From IMG/VR virus record IMGVR_UViG_3300036394_000005, positions 1 through 33,987 of that record: 33,987 nt of DNA. One strand, given 5' to 3'. The stretch is from a virus. Lineage: Duplodnaviria > Caudoviricetes. How positions within the stretch are numbered: the stretch's first letter is position 1; the number at the start of each line of letters is the position of its first letter. A program made the position numbers and the translations under genes. Shown one piece after another: positions 1 through 9,900 of this stretch. The notes beneath the pieces were generated by a model that did no database searches, had not been told where the DNA came from, and saw nothing but the letters and a program-made list of their open reading frames with translations.

Positions 1-213
1 ATGGGCGAATGGTCTGACTACTTCGAACAGTTTCCCGATGAAGATCCGGCGAATCAACCCGATGATCGGGCCGGCGATGCGCTTCGCGCCCGCGTCGCGC
101 GTGAGGCGAAGTATTCGCCCGAGCTACTGGCAAAGATGGCCGAGGATCGCAAATTACGAGAAGAAGCAAAGGTAAGGCGCGCGGCATCGCGGTCTTCCGA
201 CCCTACGGCCTGA
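1..213 (+). CDS. Small hypothetical protein (70 aa), convergent with the lysis cassette
   Basis: ATG-started ORF with acidic N-terminus and helical basic C-terminus; 3' end overlaps the Rz stop by 11 nt; upstream context not visible. Confidence 0.55.
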   Translation: MGEWSDYFEQFPDEDPANQPDDRAGDALRARVAREAKYSPELLAKMAEDRKLREEAKVRRAASRSSDPTA

Positions 214-751
214 GCAGCGATCGATCATTGCTGACGATGCCGAGCAACAGCTCTACTTCGGCATCCCGCTGCTCAACGATGATTCGACCGCTTCGAAGTA
301 ACTCTGCACCTCGTGCAGCCAGGCTTCCGAGGACTGCGGCTCGATCCGCAATACGCTGACAGGCAGCGGGGTCGCTTGTGGCTTCGTCCCGATCACGGGC
401 GGCGAAGGCGGTGAACTGATTGCGCATCCGCTCAGCATCGCCAGCAGCAGCGCGGCGGCGGCCATCGAGTACGGCCAGTTTCTTTTCGTAGGCATTGACG
501 TTCTCCTGTTGAGCTTTGGCATGAGCGGCCTGCATTGCAATCACGCGCTGCAAGTCTTCGAGCGCGGCAAGTGCGCGTCGGGTGTTCTCGGCCTGACGGT
601 CGAGCTTTTCATCTGAGACAGCTTTCCGCGCCTCCGCGGTATCGGCCTTAGCCTTGAGCACCTGCGTTCGCTCAATGCACACCACGGCCAAGGCCAGCAC
701 CAGCAGCAACGCCCACAGCCACGACGGCACGACGTCGAGGAACTTGCTCAT
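203..751 (-). CDS. Rz: Rz-like inner-membrane spanin (i-spanin)
   Basis: Start MSKFLDVV at 751; single N-terminal TM (WLWALLLVLALAVVCI) then long coiled-coil; follows the endolysin; contains a nested lipoprotein ORF. Confidence 0.85.
   Translation of the reverse strand: MSKFLDVVPSWLWALLLVLALAVVCIERTQVLKAKADTAEARKAVSDEKLDRQAENTRRALAALEDLQRVIAMQAAHAKAQQENVNAYEKKLAVLDGRRRAAAGDAERMRNQFTAFAARDRDEATSDPAACQRIADRAAVLGSLAARGAELLRSGRIIVEQRDAEVELLLGIVSNDRSLLRP
253..495 (-). CDS. Rz1: Rz1-like outer-membrane lipoprotein spanin (o-spanin), nested in Rz in another frame
   Basis: AGGAG RBS before ATG at 495; signal peptide with lipobox LSGC followed by Pro-rich segment (SSPPSPPV...PQATPLP); fully embedded in Rz. 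Confidence 0.88.
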   Translation of the reverse strand: MPTKRNWPYSMAAAALLLAMLSGCAISSPPSPPVIGTKPQATPLPVSVLRIEPQSSEAWLHEVQSYFEAVESSLSSGMPK

Positions 752-788
752 GCGTCGCCCCCGTTCACAAGGTCGCGAGTCGGCGCGC

Positions 789-1373
789 TCATTTGCCCAA
801 CACCTTGTAAGCGCGCGCTGTGGCCGCCTTGCGCTCGACCAGCTTGAGCCGCTTCGGACCATTGACGCGGCCGGTGATGTCGTAGACATCGCCGCGCTCG
901 GCCGCCGGCAGACAGTCTTTGAACTCGGCAAAGAACCAGCATGCCGACAGCGCCGCATGCAGCGGCTGCAGCAGCAGATCGGGATTGCCGCGGTAGTTCA
1001 CTCCGATTGCGCGCCCTGCGGCGATGTAGGCATCCTCCCAGGTCAACTGAATCAAGCCGCGGCCGTGGAAGCCCTTGTAGCGCAGCATGCTCAATCCCCG
1101 TGGGTTGCGCACGTAGTCCTCGGCCCGATAGCCGCCCTGCACGAACAGGCTCGGGAAGATCTCGCGCAGCCGCGCGGCCGTCGTGTAGTTGAGGTTTTCT
1201 TCGACCTTCGCCAGCTCGTCGGATTCGATGGTGAGCTGCCCGAGGAAGGCCGCCACCGCGCTGTCGGAATGGATGCGGAAGCGGTTCATCCCGTCAGCCA
1301 GGTGCAGGGTGTAGCGCTCGGCGTTGGCGCGCGTGGCGCCGGTGCAGTCGATAAGGGTCTGTGTGTCGATCAT
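789..1373 (-). CDS. Endolysin, glycoside hydrolase family 19 (chitinase/lysozyme-like)
   Basis: Motifs AAFLGQ..IES..L...EENLNY, GRGLIQLT, PDLL, SACWFF, ITGRVNG; position in lysis cassette. Confidence 0.92.
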   Translation of the reverse strand: MIDTQTLIDCTGATRANAERYTLHLADGMNRFRIHSDSAVAAFLGQLTIESDELAKVEENLNYTTAARLREIFPSLFVQGGYRAEDYVRNPRGLSMLRYKGFHGRGLIQLTWEDAYIAAGRAIGVNYRGNPDLLLQPLHAALSACWFFAEFKDCLPAAERGDVYDITGRVNGPKRLKLVERKAATARAYKVLGK

Positions 1374-1762
1374 GGTTTCTTGAACTCCTTTGCCGCGGTC
1401 TTCGCGGCTTGGTTGGCGGTCTGTGCGGCGGTCTGCGCAGTGCTCGCGGCTTCACCCGCAGTCAGCGCAGCGCTCGCCGCGGTGCCGGCCGCTTGGTTCA
1501 CGCGGCCGGCAAGGGAAGTCAAGCGGTCGCCGAAGGCTTCGCGCAGCCGGTCGATTTCCGCGAGGTGGTCGTCGCGCTGCCGCGTCATCTGCGCTTCAGC
1601 GTTGCGCGTGGCCCAGAAATAGCCCGAACCGAAGCCGCCGAGGAACAGGCACCCGACGACGCCCACGGTCTCGAAGAGCCGGCGCCATTGGCGCGGCACG
1701 CGCATGCGCGGCTGCTCATCGAGCGGCGCACGCTCGGGATCGATGTGCGATTCACTGTGCAT
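1370..1762 (-). CDS. Lysis-cassette membrane protein (one TM plus Ala-rich coiled-coil); holin/antiholin candidate
   Basis: TM segment TVGVVGCLFLGGFGSGYFW; ATGA-coupled to the endolysin. Confidence 0.65.
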   Translation of the reverse strand: MHSESHIDPERAPLDEQPRMRVPRQWRRLFETVGVVGCLFLGGFGSGYFWATRNAEAQMTRQRDDHLAEIDRLREAFGDRLTSLAGRVNQAAGTAASAALTAGEAASTAQTAAQTANQAAKTAAKEFKKP

Positions 1763-2120
1763 TTCGTTGGTCCTTCAGTTGACGAACGAGGTCACGCAGC
1801 GAGCCCAGTTCGAGGGTCTGCGCGGTGAGGGTTTCGTTCATGACCTTGAGCTGGCCTTTCATCTCCCACAGCTCTTGCATCGCCTGGTTGCGCTCGGCCG
1901 CGAACTTGTCGGCGCGCTCTTCAGCCTTCACGCGCGCCGCACGCTCGCCTTCGAGCAACGCCTGCCAGGTCGCAAGGGCCGCGATCTGCCCGGAACTGTC
2001 GGCGCGCTCCTTCGCTTCGGTCGGCTGCTTTGCGCGCCACACCTGATAGCCGCCAGCAGCGGACAGAATCAAAAACACAATCTGAGCAATGGGATTGCTC
2101 GCCAAGTCGCCCACTTCCAT
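1752..2120 (-). CDS. Lysis-cassette membrane protein (N-terminal TM plus coiled-coil); holin candidate
   Basis: TM IAQIVFLILSAAGGYQVW followed by heptad-rich helix; purine-rich RBS; overlaps next gene. Confidence 0.65.
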   Translation of the reverse strand: MEVGDLASNPIAQIVFLILSAAGGYQVWRAKQPTEAKERADSSGQIAALATWQALLEGERAARVKAEERADKFAAERNQAMQELWEMKGQLKVMNETLTAQTLELGSLRDLVRQLKDQRNAQ

Positions 2121-2149
2121 GAGGTGCCCCTCTCTCTTTCGTTCTCTCG

Positions 2150-2380
2150 TTAGATTTCGACTTGCACGAAGGGCATCGCGGGCGCCTGGCCCTCGATCAC
2201 GCCGTCGCGCACAAAGACCTGATCGCCCAAGGCGCCGACACCGCGCGCCGTGAGCACCCCGCCGCCGGGCAGCTCAAGACGAGCGACCTCGCCGTCGATG
2301 GCGGTGATGGTTGCGATCTGCAGCGGGTAGCTCGGCAGCAGCGCAAGGAAGGCGGAATAAACGTTCGTTGCCACGCTCAC
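2150..2380 (-). CDS. Small tail-associated protein (76 aa)
   Basis: GTGA overlap with upstream gene stop; beta-rich sequence ATITAIDGEVARLEL...GDQVFVRDGVIEG; only the 3' part of the track ORF 2150..2986 looks coding. Confidence 0.7.
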   Translation of the reverse strand: MSVATNVYSAFLALLPSYPLQIATITAIDGEVARLELPGGGVLTARGVGALGDQVFVRDGVIEGQAPAMPFVQVEI

Positions 2381-4269
2381 ACCTCCACATGCGTTTCGAG
2401 CGTGATCGACTGGCGCAGCACCGGCCGCTGCCAATCCACCGACGTGCTGCGCACGAGCCCGAGATGCGTCTCGGCACCGTCTTCGTAGCGAACGAATGCG
2501 CCGGGCAAGATGACGCCCGTTTCGGGCAGCACCTGAAGCCGAAGGCTGACGTTTGCTTGTGCGCCGGTATCGGACAGCACCGCGAGGCCCCGCTGCGCGG
2601 CCGCATCGCTGTGCGTTGTCAATGCGTGCGTCACCATCGGCGCCACGCTGTCGCCGGCGGTGTTGCTGCGCGTGACCTGGCCGAGCACGCCGGCACCGTT
2701 GGTGCCCGCCACGAAAATCCGGTTGTAGTCCGGCTTCGTCAGCGGCTGGATACCCTCGACAGCCACCGCCGCAGCGGGCAGCACGAAGTCGGGCGTCAGC
2801 GTGTCCCAGTGCCACGGCGCGGCCGGGTAACGCGGCATGACTCGCAGCGTTGCATCGGTCGCGTGCGGCTGCACGATGGCGCCGGCGGCGCTGGCGATGT
2901 CGAGCACCGCACCGATGTAGCTCCCTTGGAAGTCCCACGTTCCGCCAGGCACGGCCCAGTCGGTGAGACCAAAGTCGATCCCCCATCCGATGCTCACACC
3001 GTTGTAGGTCAGCGCCAGATTGAGCAGTTGCTCGACGGTGCGCAGCGTGGGCGACGCATGGTTGAGCGTCGGCGCATAGGGACTGTCGAGCATGGCGGCA
3101 CGGCCCTTGCCCTCGACTTGCACCTTCGCACCCCCGAATCGGCGGTCACGGTTGCAGTTCGTTGCGCTCAAGCGATACGGCACACCGTTGACGGTGGCGA
3201 GGATCTCCACGGGCGCTGCGTGGATGCCGCGCCGGATGACGGGCCACGCCGCGCCCGGCAGCGTGGCACTCCATCGCCAAGTCCACGAGTCCGCACCGAG
3301 GCTCATGGAAAAGGCCAAAGCCTCGATCACCTCGCCGCTGTCGATGCGCACAAGGCTGATGCTGTTCTGCACGGTGTAGGCCTCCAGAATGGGCACGACG
3401 ATGGTTTCGCCGGTGCCGGGCGAGGGCTGGTGCCGCTCGCAGATAAAAATCAATGTCGTGCTGTACTTCTGCGGCTCGCTGAAGACGAGCGTTGTCGAAG
3501 GCACATAGCAAGGGTCCAAGGTGGGCGGCACGACGACCGCCCGACCCGGCAGCGGATGCATGGCGGCTTGCCACTTCGACACGCGGCCGATGTCGAGCTG
3601 CGCCGCGGCACCGAAGGCCTCTGCATGACCCGCCTGCGCGCGCACCGCGTCTCGCCAGCGCGCACGCACGCCGCGGCGCATCCGCTCGGCCTCCTGATGG
3701 CGCGCGCCGAGCGGCACCGTCGCCAGGCGAACCGCTTCCTGCCAACGGGCGGCGACACCCGTTCGCGCCCGCACGGCCGATTGATAGCGCAGCCCTGCCT
3801 CGGACGCCGACTGCCTTGCGACCTGATAGCGCAGTGCGATGCCGGCGCGCGCGCGAAGCACGTCCTGCCATGCAGAGACGGCATCAGCGGCCAACGGCTC
3901 GGCCTTCTGCCAGGTGGCGACTCGCCCCACCACCGCGCGCGCTGCGCCGTGGTGCTCCGCTGCGACCCCGCCCTCGATCTGCGCCGCCACCTGCCAACCC
4001 ACCGACACCTTGCTCGCGAGCGGGCGCGATACGGCGCTGGCGTACCTCGCTGCTCCAGCCACCATGAAGGCAGGCAGAGGCACACGGCCCACAGCCGTGG
4101 CGCGCGGCGGCATCGTGACCACGGCCTTGCCGGACACCATGAACACCGGCAGCGCGATGCGGCCCAGCGCGTAGGCCGCACTGCCAGCCGGTTCGTCGGG
4201 CTCCCCGAAAACAAGAACGTTCGGCGGCCCGTCGAGCGGCAGCTTTCGAAAGATGAGGTCTTCAACCAC
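2377..4269 (-). CDS. Tail tip/baseplate hub-like structural protein (~630 aa)
   Basis: GTG start (VVEDLIFRK) overlapping upstream stop; N-terminal repeated W/YQ motifs, C-terminal hub-like region; position in tail module. Confidence 0.75.
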   Translation of the reverse strand: MVEDLIFRKLPLDGPPNVLVFGEPDEPAGSAAYALGRIALPVFMVSGKAVVTMPPRATAVGRVPLPAFMVAGAARYASAVSRPLASKVSVGWQVAAQIEGGVAAEHHGAARAVVGRVATWQKAEPLAADAVSAWQDVLRARAGIALRYQVARQSASEAGLRYQSAVRARTGVAARWQEAVRLATVPLGARHQEAERMRRGVRARWRDAVRAQAGHAEAFGAAAQLDIGRVSKWQAAMHPLPGRAVVVPPTLDPCYVPSTTLVFSEPQKYSTTLIFICERHQPSPGTGETIVVPILEAYTVQNSISLVRIDSGEVIEALAFSMSLGADSWTWRWSATLPGAAWPVIRRGIHAAPVEILATVNGVPYRLSATNCNRDRRFGGAKVQVEGKGRAAMLDSPYAPTLNHASPTLRTVEQLLNLALTYNGVSIGWGIDFGLTDWAVPGGTWDFQGSYIGAVLDIASAAGAIVQPHATDATLRVMPRYPAAPWHWDTLTPDFVLPAAAVAVEGIQPLTKPDYNRIFVAGTNGAGVLGQVTRSNTAGDSVAPMVTHALTTHSDAAAQRGLAVLSDTGAQANVSLRLQVLPETGVILPGAFVRYEDGAETHLGLVRSTSVDWQRPVLRQSITLETHVEV

Positions 4270-4672
4270 CGATGACGACCTCACCGATGAAGAAGGTTCC
4301 GCCCTGATAGAGCTTCGCCTCCGGGTCGCCTTCGGGCGGGTTCTGCACCACGAGCTTGATCTGCCCCGATCCAGACGGGCCACTCATGCTGAAGTCGGCC
4401 ACCCATGTGCCATCGGCCAACGCCACGCGGCCCCACGTCGCGATCCCGGTCGCGAGCGCCAGGTCGCCTGCGCTGTCCGCCTGCGCGAGCGTGAGCTTGC
4501 CGTCTGCCACCGCGCCGGCGGGCAGGGCCAACACCGCAGCGGCCAGCAGCATGGGGATGTTTCCGCCCTCCCCCGGTTGCGCGCCGCCGCACACCAGAAA
4601 GCGCGCGCCCATGCCGAGGTAGGCCACGAGGCCAGGCCCGCTCAACATCGCGTTGATGGCGAGCACGTTCAT
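4262..4672 (-). CDS. Tail structural protein (136 aa)
   Basis: ATGA-coupled start MNVLAINAML; motif ATGIATWGRV...DG..VAD seen in small phage virion proteins. Confidence 0.75.
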   Translation of the reverse strand: MNVLAINAMLSGPGLVAYLGMGARFLVCGGAQPGEGGNIPMLLAAAVLALPAGAVADGKLTLAQADSAGDLALATGIATWGRVALADGTWVADFSMSGPSGSGQIKLVVQNPPEGDPEAKLYQGGTFFIGEVVIGG

Positions 4673-5685
4673 GGCATCAGCTCCACCTTGCCATTCGCAA
4701 GGGTCAGCCCGTCCGTGACGACAGCGCGCTTTGCATGGTCGAGGTACAGCGCCCACACGGAATAGCTCTGCAGCTCGTCGATCCATTGGAAGTCGTAGCT
4801 GCCATCCGCAGCGGTCCACAGCTCGCGCACCTGCAGTCCATCGACATCGCGGACCAGCCGCACGAGGCAGCGGTAGGGCTTGTTCGTGGGATTGAAATAC
4901 TCGACGGTCTTGCCCCGCACGCGGCCGATGCCCAGACCGAGCACGCCCGTCAGATGGTCCTTGCGCCCCACTGCGATGGCGCGATTCCGGGTGCCCGCAT
5001 AGGGCGGCGCCGCGCCGAGGCTGGGCACCTGGATCAAACGGCGCACTGCCGTCTGCAAGGGCGCGGCCACGATGTCCGAAGGCGCGAAGGTGAAGGCCCG
5101 GCTCATGCCCACGTCCACATCGACCGAGAACAGCTCGCCCAGCAGCACCTTGTTCGCCAGCAGCTTGACCGGCTGCACGAGATCCAACGGCTGCACCACC
5201 AGCTCCCAGCCGGACGCATCGACGCGCAATGCGAAATCCAGACGGTAGGTTTCGGTGCTCAGGTGCTTGAGTCGGCCCTTGAAGATCGACACCGCGCCGG
5301 CGCGCTGGAACAGCACGCCCAGCGAGCGGCAATCGGTATTCGGGTGAAACGTCATCAGCGCATCGGGCCGATCCACGAACCCGTACATCCGGCTGACGGT
5401 CTGCAGGGCATAGCTCGTATTGACGGTGCTGACCGGCTCCGCCTTGTAGGGCGCGAACCCGCCCTCGCTGCAGAACATCGCCGTCGTCGAGCCGTTCAGA
5501 TAGGGCGAAGCGCCCAGCGTGACGGCAAAGGAGCTGTCGTCGGCATCGAGTGGCTGAAGAGTTACCGTGTCGGAGACGCCCAGCGCCTGCGCCCACGCGG
5601 CATAGCGCAACGCCGGCGCGGCCGAGTCGGCCACGTCGATGGCGAAGCGCAAGCTGCCGGAATCGACAACGTAGCTCACCGCCAC
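4669..5685 (-). CDS. Tail fibre-associated protein with C-terminal beta-sandwich-like domain
   Basis: C-terminal GRVRGKT...VRLVRDVDGLQVRELWTAADGSYDF motif; overlaps both neighbours. Confidence 0.7.
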   Translation of the reverse strand: MAVSYVVDSGSLRFAIDVADSAAPALRYAAWAQALGVSDTVTLQPLDADDSSFAVTLGASPYLNGSTTAMFCSEGGFAPYKAEPVSTVNTSYALQTVSRMYGFVDRPDALMTFHPNTDCRSLGVLFQRAGAVSIFKGRLKHLSTETYRLDFALRVDASGWELVVQPLDLVQPVKLLANKVLLGELFSVDVDVGMSRAFTFAPSDIVAAPLQTAVRRLIQVPSLGAAPPYAGTRNRAIAVGRKDHLTGVLGLGIGRVRGKTVEYFNPTNKPYRCLVRLVRDVDGLQVRELWTAADGSYDFQWIDELQSYSVWALYLDHAKRAVVTDGLTLANGKVELMP

Positions 5686-6902
5686 GGCCCCGTGATATCG
5701 ACCAGCGTCAGGCCCACGCTATTGGCTGTCGCCGGATCGCTGCCGTAGGAGTTTCCGACCGCCAGGCCCATGAGCTTGCGTCCCGCGAGCTCGCCTGTCG
5801 CCGGCACGATGTCGCGATGGCTGATCTGGCCGTAGACGAAGTTTTGCGGGATGGTCAGCAACCCCGGCACTTCACAACGCGGCTCGGACTGCGAGGTATC
5901 GAATGAGCGCAGATAGCGCGACGAGAGTCTCAGCTTGCCATCGATGCGACTCGGAAACGCCCCGAGGGTGCCATCCATCCCCGACACGACGGTCGGCTGC
6001 CCGGTGTAAGGGTGGGAGGCCATCGCATAGGCCGACCCCAGTCCCGAGTAATTGCGCGGGGTGTAGACGCTCTGGGAGGCATTGTCGAAGGTGCCGTACT
6101 GGGGATAGCTCGGCCAACCGGAAGGCGAATCGGCGAAGTATGCCGAGAGTGCGCAGGCGAAGGCATCGCCCGCAGGTCGGAGTGCGATCATGTCGCCGAA
6201 CCCGCGCACCGCACCCACGATGAAGCGGTCGTAGGTTCCCAAAGCGTTGCCCATCTGGGCCGAGTTGTGCAGGTAGAACGTCCGGCCATCGCCGATCAAC
6301 ATCCATCCCACCGGGTTCGAATTGGCAACGGGCGACTTGCCCCAGGCCCCGCCATTGGCCACCACGTCATTGCGTGGGAACGCGCCCACGCCGCTGGAGA
6401 TGTCGGTCATGGACTCGTAGCCAACGACTCGGGTTGTCGCAGCGCCGGTGTCGTCCACGCGCAGAAACATGCCGGTGCTGACGGGGTCGGCGCTCTTGTA
6501 CGCGCCGAGGTTGGGACCGCTGAAGGGCTTGAGCCAGCCGAGCGGCGCCATCTTCATCGTGATCGTGCCCGCGGCCGCGCCATCGGGCGCCGAGGTAGCG
6601 AACCGCACCGACCCCGCGCCAGGCTTGGCCGTGATCTTCTGCTCGCCATTGAGCACATCAAGCGCACCCGTCACGCCCGCAATTTGCACAACGCTCTCGA
6701 CCATCGCAGAGTGCGAGCCCGTGTAGGTCGCCGTCGCCACACCGCCGGCCACGGTGAGCGAGGCGAGCGTCTTGACGTCGAAGCCGTCTTTCAAGCACGC
6801 ATCCAGCAGGGCAATCATTGCGCCGGTGGTGCCAGACAGTGTGGGGGCGCCCGACATCTGGCTGCTGAAATACTTGACGCTGGTGTCTACAACTGAAGCC
6901 AT
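5676..6902 (-). CDS. Tail fibre / receptor-binding protein candidate (408 aa)
   Basis: N-terminus GAPTLSGTTGAMIALLDACLKDGF and terminal DITGPWR are typical of phage tail-fibre-like proteins; aromatic-rich C-terminal half. Confidence 0.75.
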   Translation of the reverse strand: MASVVDTSVKYFSSQMSGAPTLSGTTGAMIALLDACLKDGFDVKTLASLTVAGGVATATYTGSHSAMVESVVQIAGVTGALDVLNGEQKITAKPGAGSVRFATSAPDGAAAGTITMKMAPLGWLKPFSGPNLGAYKSADPVSTGMFLRVDDTGAATTRVVGYESMTDISSGVGAFPRNDVVANGGAWGKSPVANSNPVGWMLIGDGRTFYLHNSAQMGNALGTYDRFIVGAVRGFGDMIALRPAGDAFACALSAYFADSPSGWPSYPQYGTFDNASQSVYTPRNYSGLGSAYAMASHPYTGQPTVVSGMDGTLGAFPSRIDGKLRLSSRYLRSFDTSQSEPRCEVPGLLTIPQNFVYGQISHRDIVPATGELAGRKLMGLAVGNSYGSDPATANSVGLTLVDITGPWR

Positions 6903-6925
6903 GTTCTTTCTCTCGCTCTCTCTCG

Positions 6926-9900
6926 TTAGGGACGGTCCACGCCAATCAGGACCAGAATTTCGAAGCTGTCATCGAGCACCGTCTCGGCGCCCATCTGCAC
7001 CGTGCGGATGGGCACGAAGGGAAACGTCGCGGCAATGGTGTTGAAGCGGATGAGCGAGCCGGCAGGCCAGCCGCCCGAGCCGAAGCCGGCCGCGGGGATC
7101 GTCATGTAGGGCACGCCCGAAGGGCCGAGCGGCGAGCAGTCGGCGGTCATGCTCTGACCGGTGACGATCTGACCGACGTGCTCACCGATCAAGTTGTAGG
7201 CCGTGCCGCTGCCGTTGATCTGGATGCGCCAGCGCTCCGTGACGGCGCCTTTGTTCGTGACGGTGATCGGATAGTCGATGTCGTTGAACGTCGGGTCGGC
7301 GGCGTTGCCGATGAGGCTGTCCGACCAAGCGCCGTTCCACGTTTGCTGATCGAACAGCAGCGACACGCGCGCTTTCACGTCGCCCATGCGAAGGCCGCTG
7401 CTCACGTAGCTGTCGGCCGCGGGGTAGTCGTGCGACACCCGGCCTGCGAACGCGAGGCGACCATCGATGCCCACGTCGGACACGGTGAGCATGTCCTCGA
7501 TGCGGTGCTCGAAGACGACCGGCTGCACGTAGCCGGAGACATCGGTGAATGTGACCGTGCCGGCATCGAGGTTGCGCGTGTAGCCGGTCTCGACGGCCAG
7601 GCCGTTGGCACCCATGATCCGCACACGGGACAAACGCACGCGACCCGCGTTGAGCGTCTGCCCATTCGCCACGACCGCAGCCGGCAGGCGCTTCGTGTTG
7701 TGGATCACGGCGAGCTCGCCCTTGCGGAAGATCGGCACGCGACCATCGGCCGGCAGTCGCACCGGGTCGAGGCCCAGCAGCGTGGCATCGACCGGCAGCG
7801 TCGTGAAGGCCACGGCGTTGTATCGGATGGTGCTGGCGAACACCGGGACCGGCTTCCAGATCTTGCCGTCCGTGCCCACGGCATCGGGCGAATACCAGAT
7901 CGCGCCCTCGTTCCCTGCGGCTGTCACCCAGTCGCCAAAGCGCACCTTGCCGACACCCGTCGCGTAGTCGAAGGTCCCATGCACGTTCGCGCCGTTGATG
8001 AAGCCCGACGCATCGGCCGTGACGTTGATCGAGCCGCCATTGAGCTTGGTCGCCAGGAGCTGCAGCGAGCCCGGGCTGATCGGGGCCACGGGCGTGCGAA
8101 AGACGACGTACTCGACCGGCTGACCGTCAAGGGTCGTGAGCAGGCTGTTCACCACGACCGTGCTCGACGCTGCAGCCGGCCAGGTGTTGAGCGAAGCCAG
8201 GTTCGTGGCGTAGTCGTAGGTGCCGGCCAGCGAGGCGGCGCCGGTGGCCGGATCGAGGTCGGTGTACAGGCTCCCGGCGCGGTCGAAGTAGGTCTTCCCG
8301 CCGAGCGTGAAATTCACCGAGCCCGGTACGGCCGGCTCGCTGAAGTTCGGCAGCAGCTTGATGGAGAGCTTGGGCTGATTGAAGACCTGGCTCTTCGTCG
8401 TGCCTGCGCCTGCCACCCGGAAATTGGCCGTCACGAGCGCCGTCGCATCCGCCGGCAGCGACGCATTGAGCACGGCATAGGTGTAGCCCGTGAGCGTGTT
8501 GCGGTAGAGGCCGGGCAGGTTGGGCGACAACACGGTGCCGAGCACGCCGAGCGGGTTCACGGCCCACTGCGGCACGGCCACGCTGACGACGGTCTCGGGG
8601 AACAGGGTCGCCACGCCGGTGGCGTAGACCAGCGTCCCGAACGTCACGCCGAGCCCGTCCTTCAGGTTGCCTGCACCGTCGTCCGTCACGGTCTTGGTGG
8701 CCGCGAAGTTCTGCGGCACCCACTGATCGGCCGGCACGCCACCGGTGGACTGCAGGATGAGATTCCAGTCGAGCGCGAGCGACCGCGGCGCGATGTTGGT
8801 CTTCCCGAGGTTGAGCGTGATCGAGCCATCGGCATTCCGGGCCGGCGCCGGGAAGGTCTTCGACGATGGCTCGCCGTGGCTGTAGCCCACCGTGAAGGCG
8901 ACCGCAGAGGCCGGCAGCACCTTGGGCCTCACTTCGATGGTGCCGCTCGCATAGGACACCGGGCCGGTGGCATCGCCCGCCAGCGCGCCGCTGCCGTTGT
9001 CGCTCGCATGGCGATCGATGCCGTCGTTCCAGTCCACCGACACCGTGCCCGACTGCGCGGCCTGGTTGTCGAGGGCCAGCAGGATGGACAGCGCCGCCGT
9101 GAGCGTGCCGCTGCGGTCCTTGTAGTTGACCTTCGCCGCCCAGGTGTAGATGACCTCGCTTCCCACGTCAGGCAGCACGCCGAGCGTCGGCAAGGTCGTG
9201 CCCGTCGCATAGTCCACGGTGCCGCTGCCGATGCTGGAGCTGGCACCCGAGAGGCGCCCACCGCCATCGTCGGCCAGCTCGTACCAGTTGCCGCCCGCGC
9301 GGTAGGCCACGCGCAGCGAGCCCGGCGCCGGTGGCGGAAGGATGGTCAGCGGGTAGTTGATGCGGCGGCTCTCGGCCGTCACCACGATGGACGCCGAATC
9401 GGCCAGCTCGATGGGCGCGCCGGCCGGACGGAAGGTGATCGTCTTGTTTCCCGTGATCGCGGGCGCATCGCTCGCGAAGGTCATCGAGCCGCCGGCATAG
9501 TTCACGCTGCCGGCCGTCAGCGCGCCGAGCTTCAGCCGGCCGCCGTCGTCGGTCAACGTGCCGGCCGATGTGGCGACCGACAGCGAACCGGGATAGACCG
9601 GGTTGCCAAAGACGATGGTGGCGTTCGGGCCGAACACCACGCCCGTGGTGAGCGAGACGGTGCCAGCGCCTGAGGCGACGAGAGAAGTCGCCGAGCCCGC
9701 CGCGCTCGTGTCCACGATGGGAATTTCCGTCGTCGCGCTCGGCACGAGCTGCGTGTCGATGTGCTCCACCACGGCCGACAGGTCGCCGGTGGTGACGTTC
9801 TGCGCGAGCTTGGAGATGCCATAGAAGCGCGAGGCGTTCGCGACCAGCATCTTGTTGATGGCCGCGGAAGTGATCGTGCGCTCGAAGAGACGGCTTGCGG

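Noticed and set aside
4669-6902. Diversity-generating retroelement or invertible tail-fibre switch
   Set aside because: No reverse transcriptase or invertase gene, and no template/variable repeat pair or flanking inverted repeats noticed in the window.
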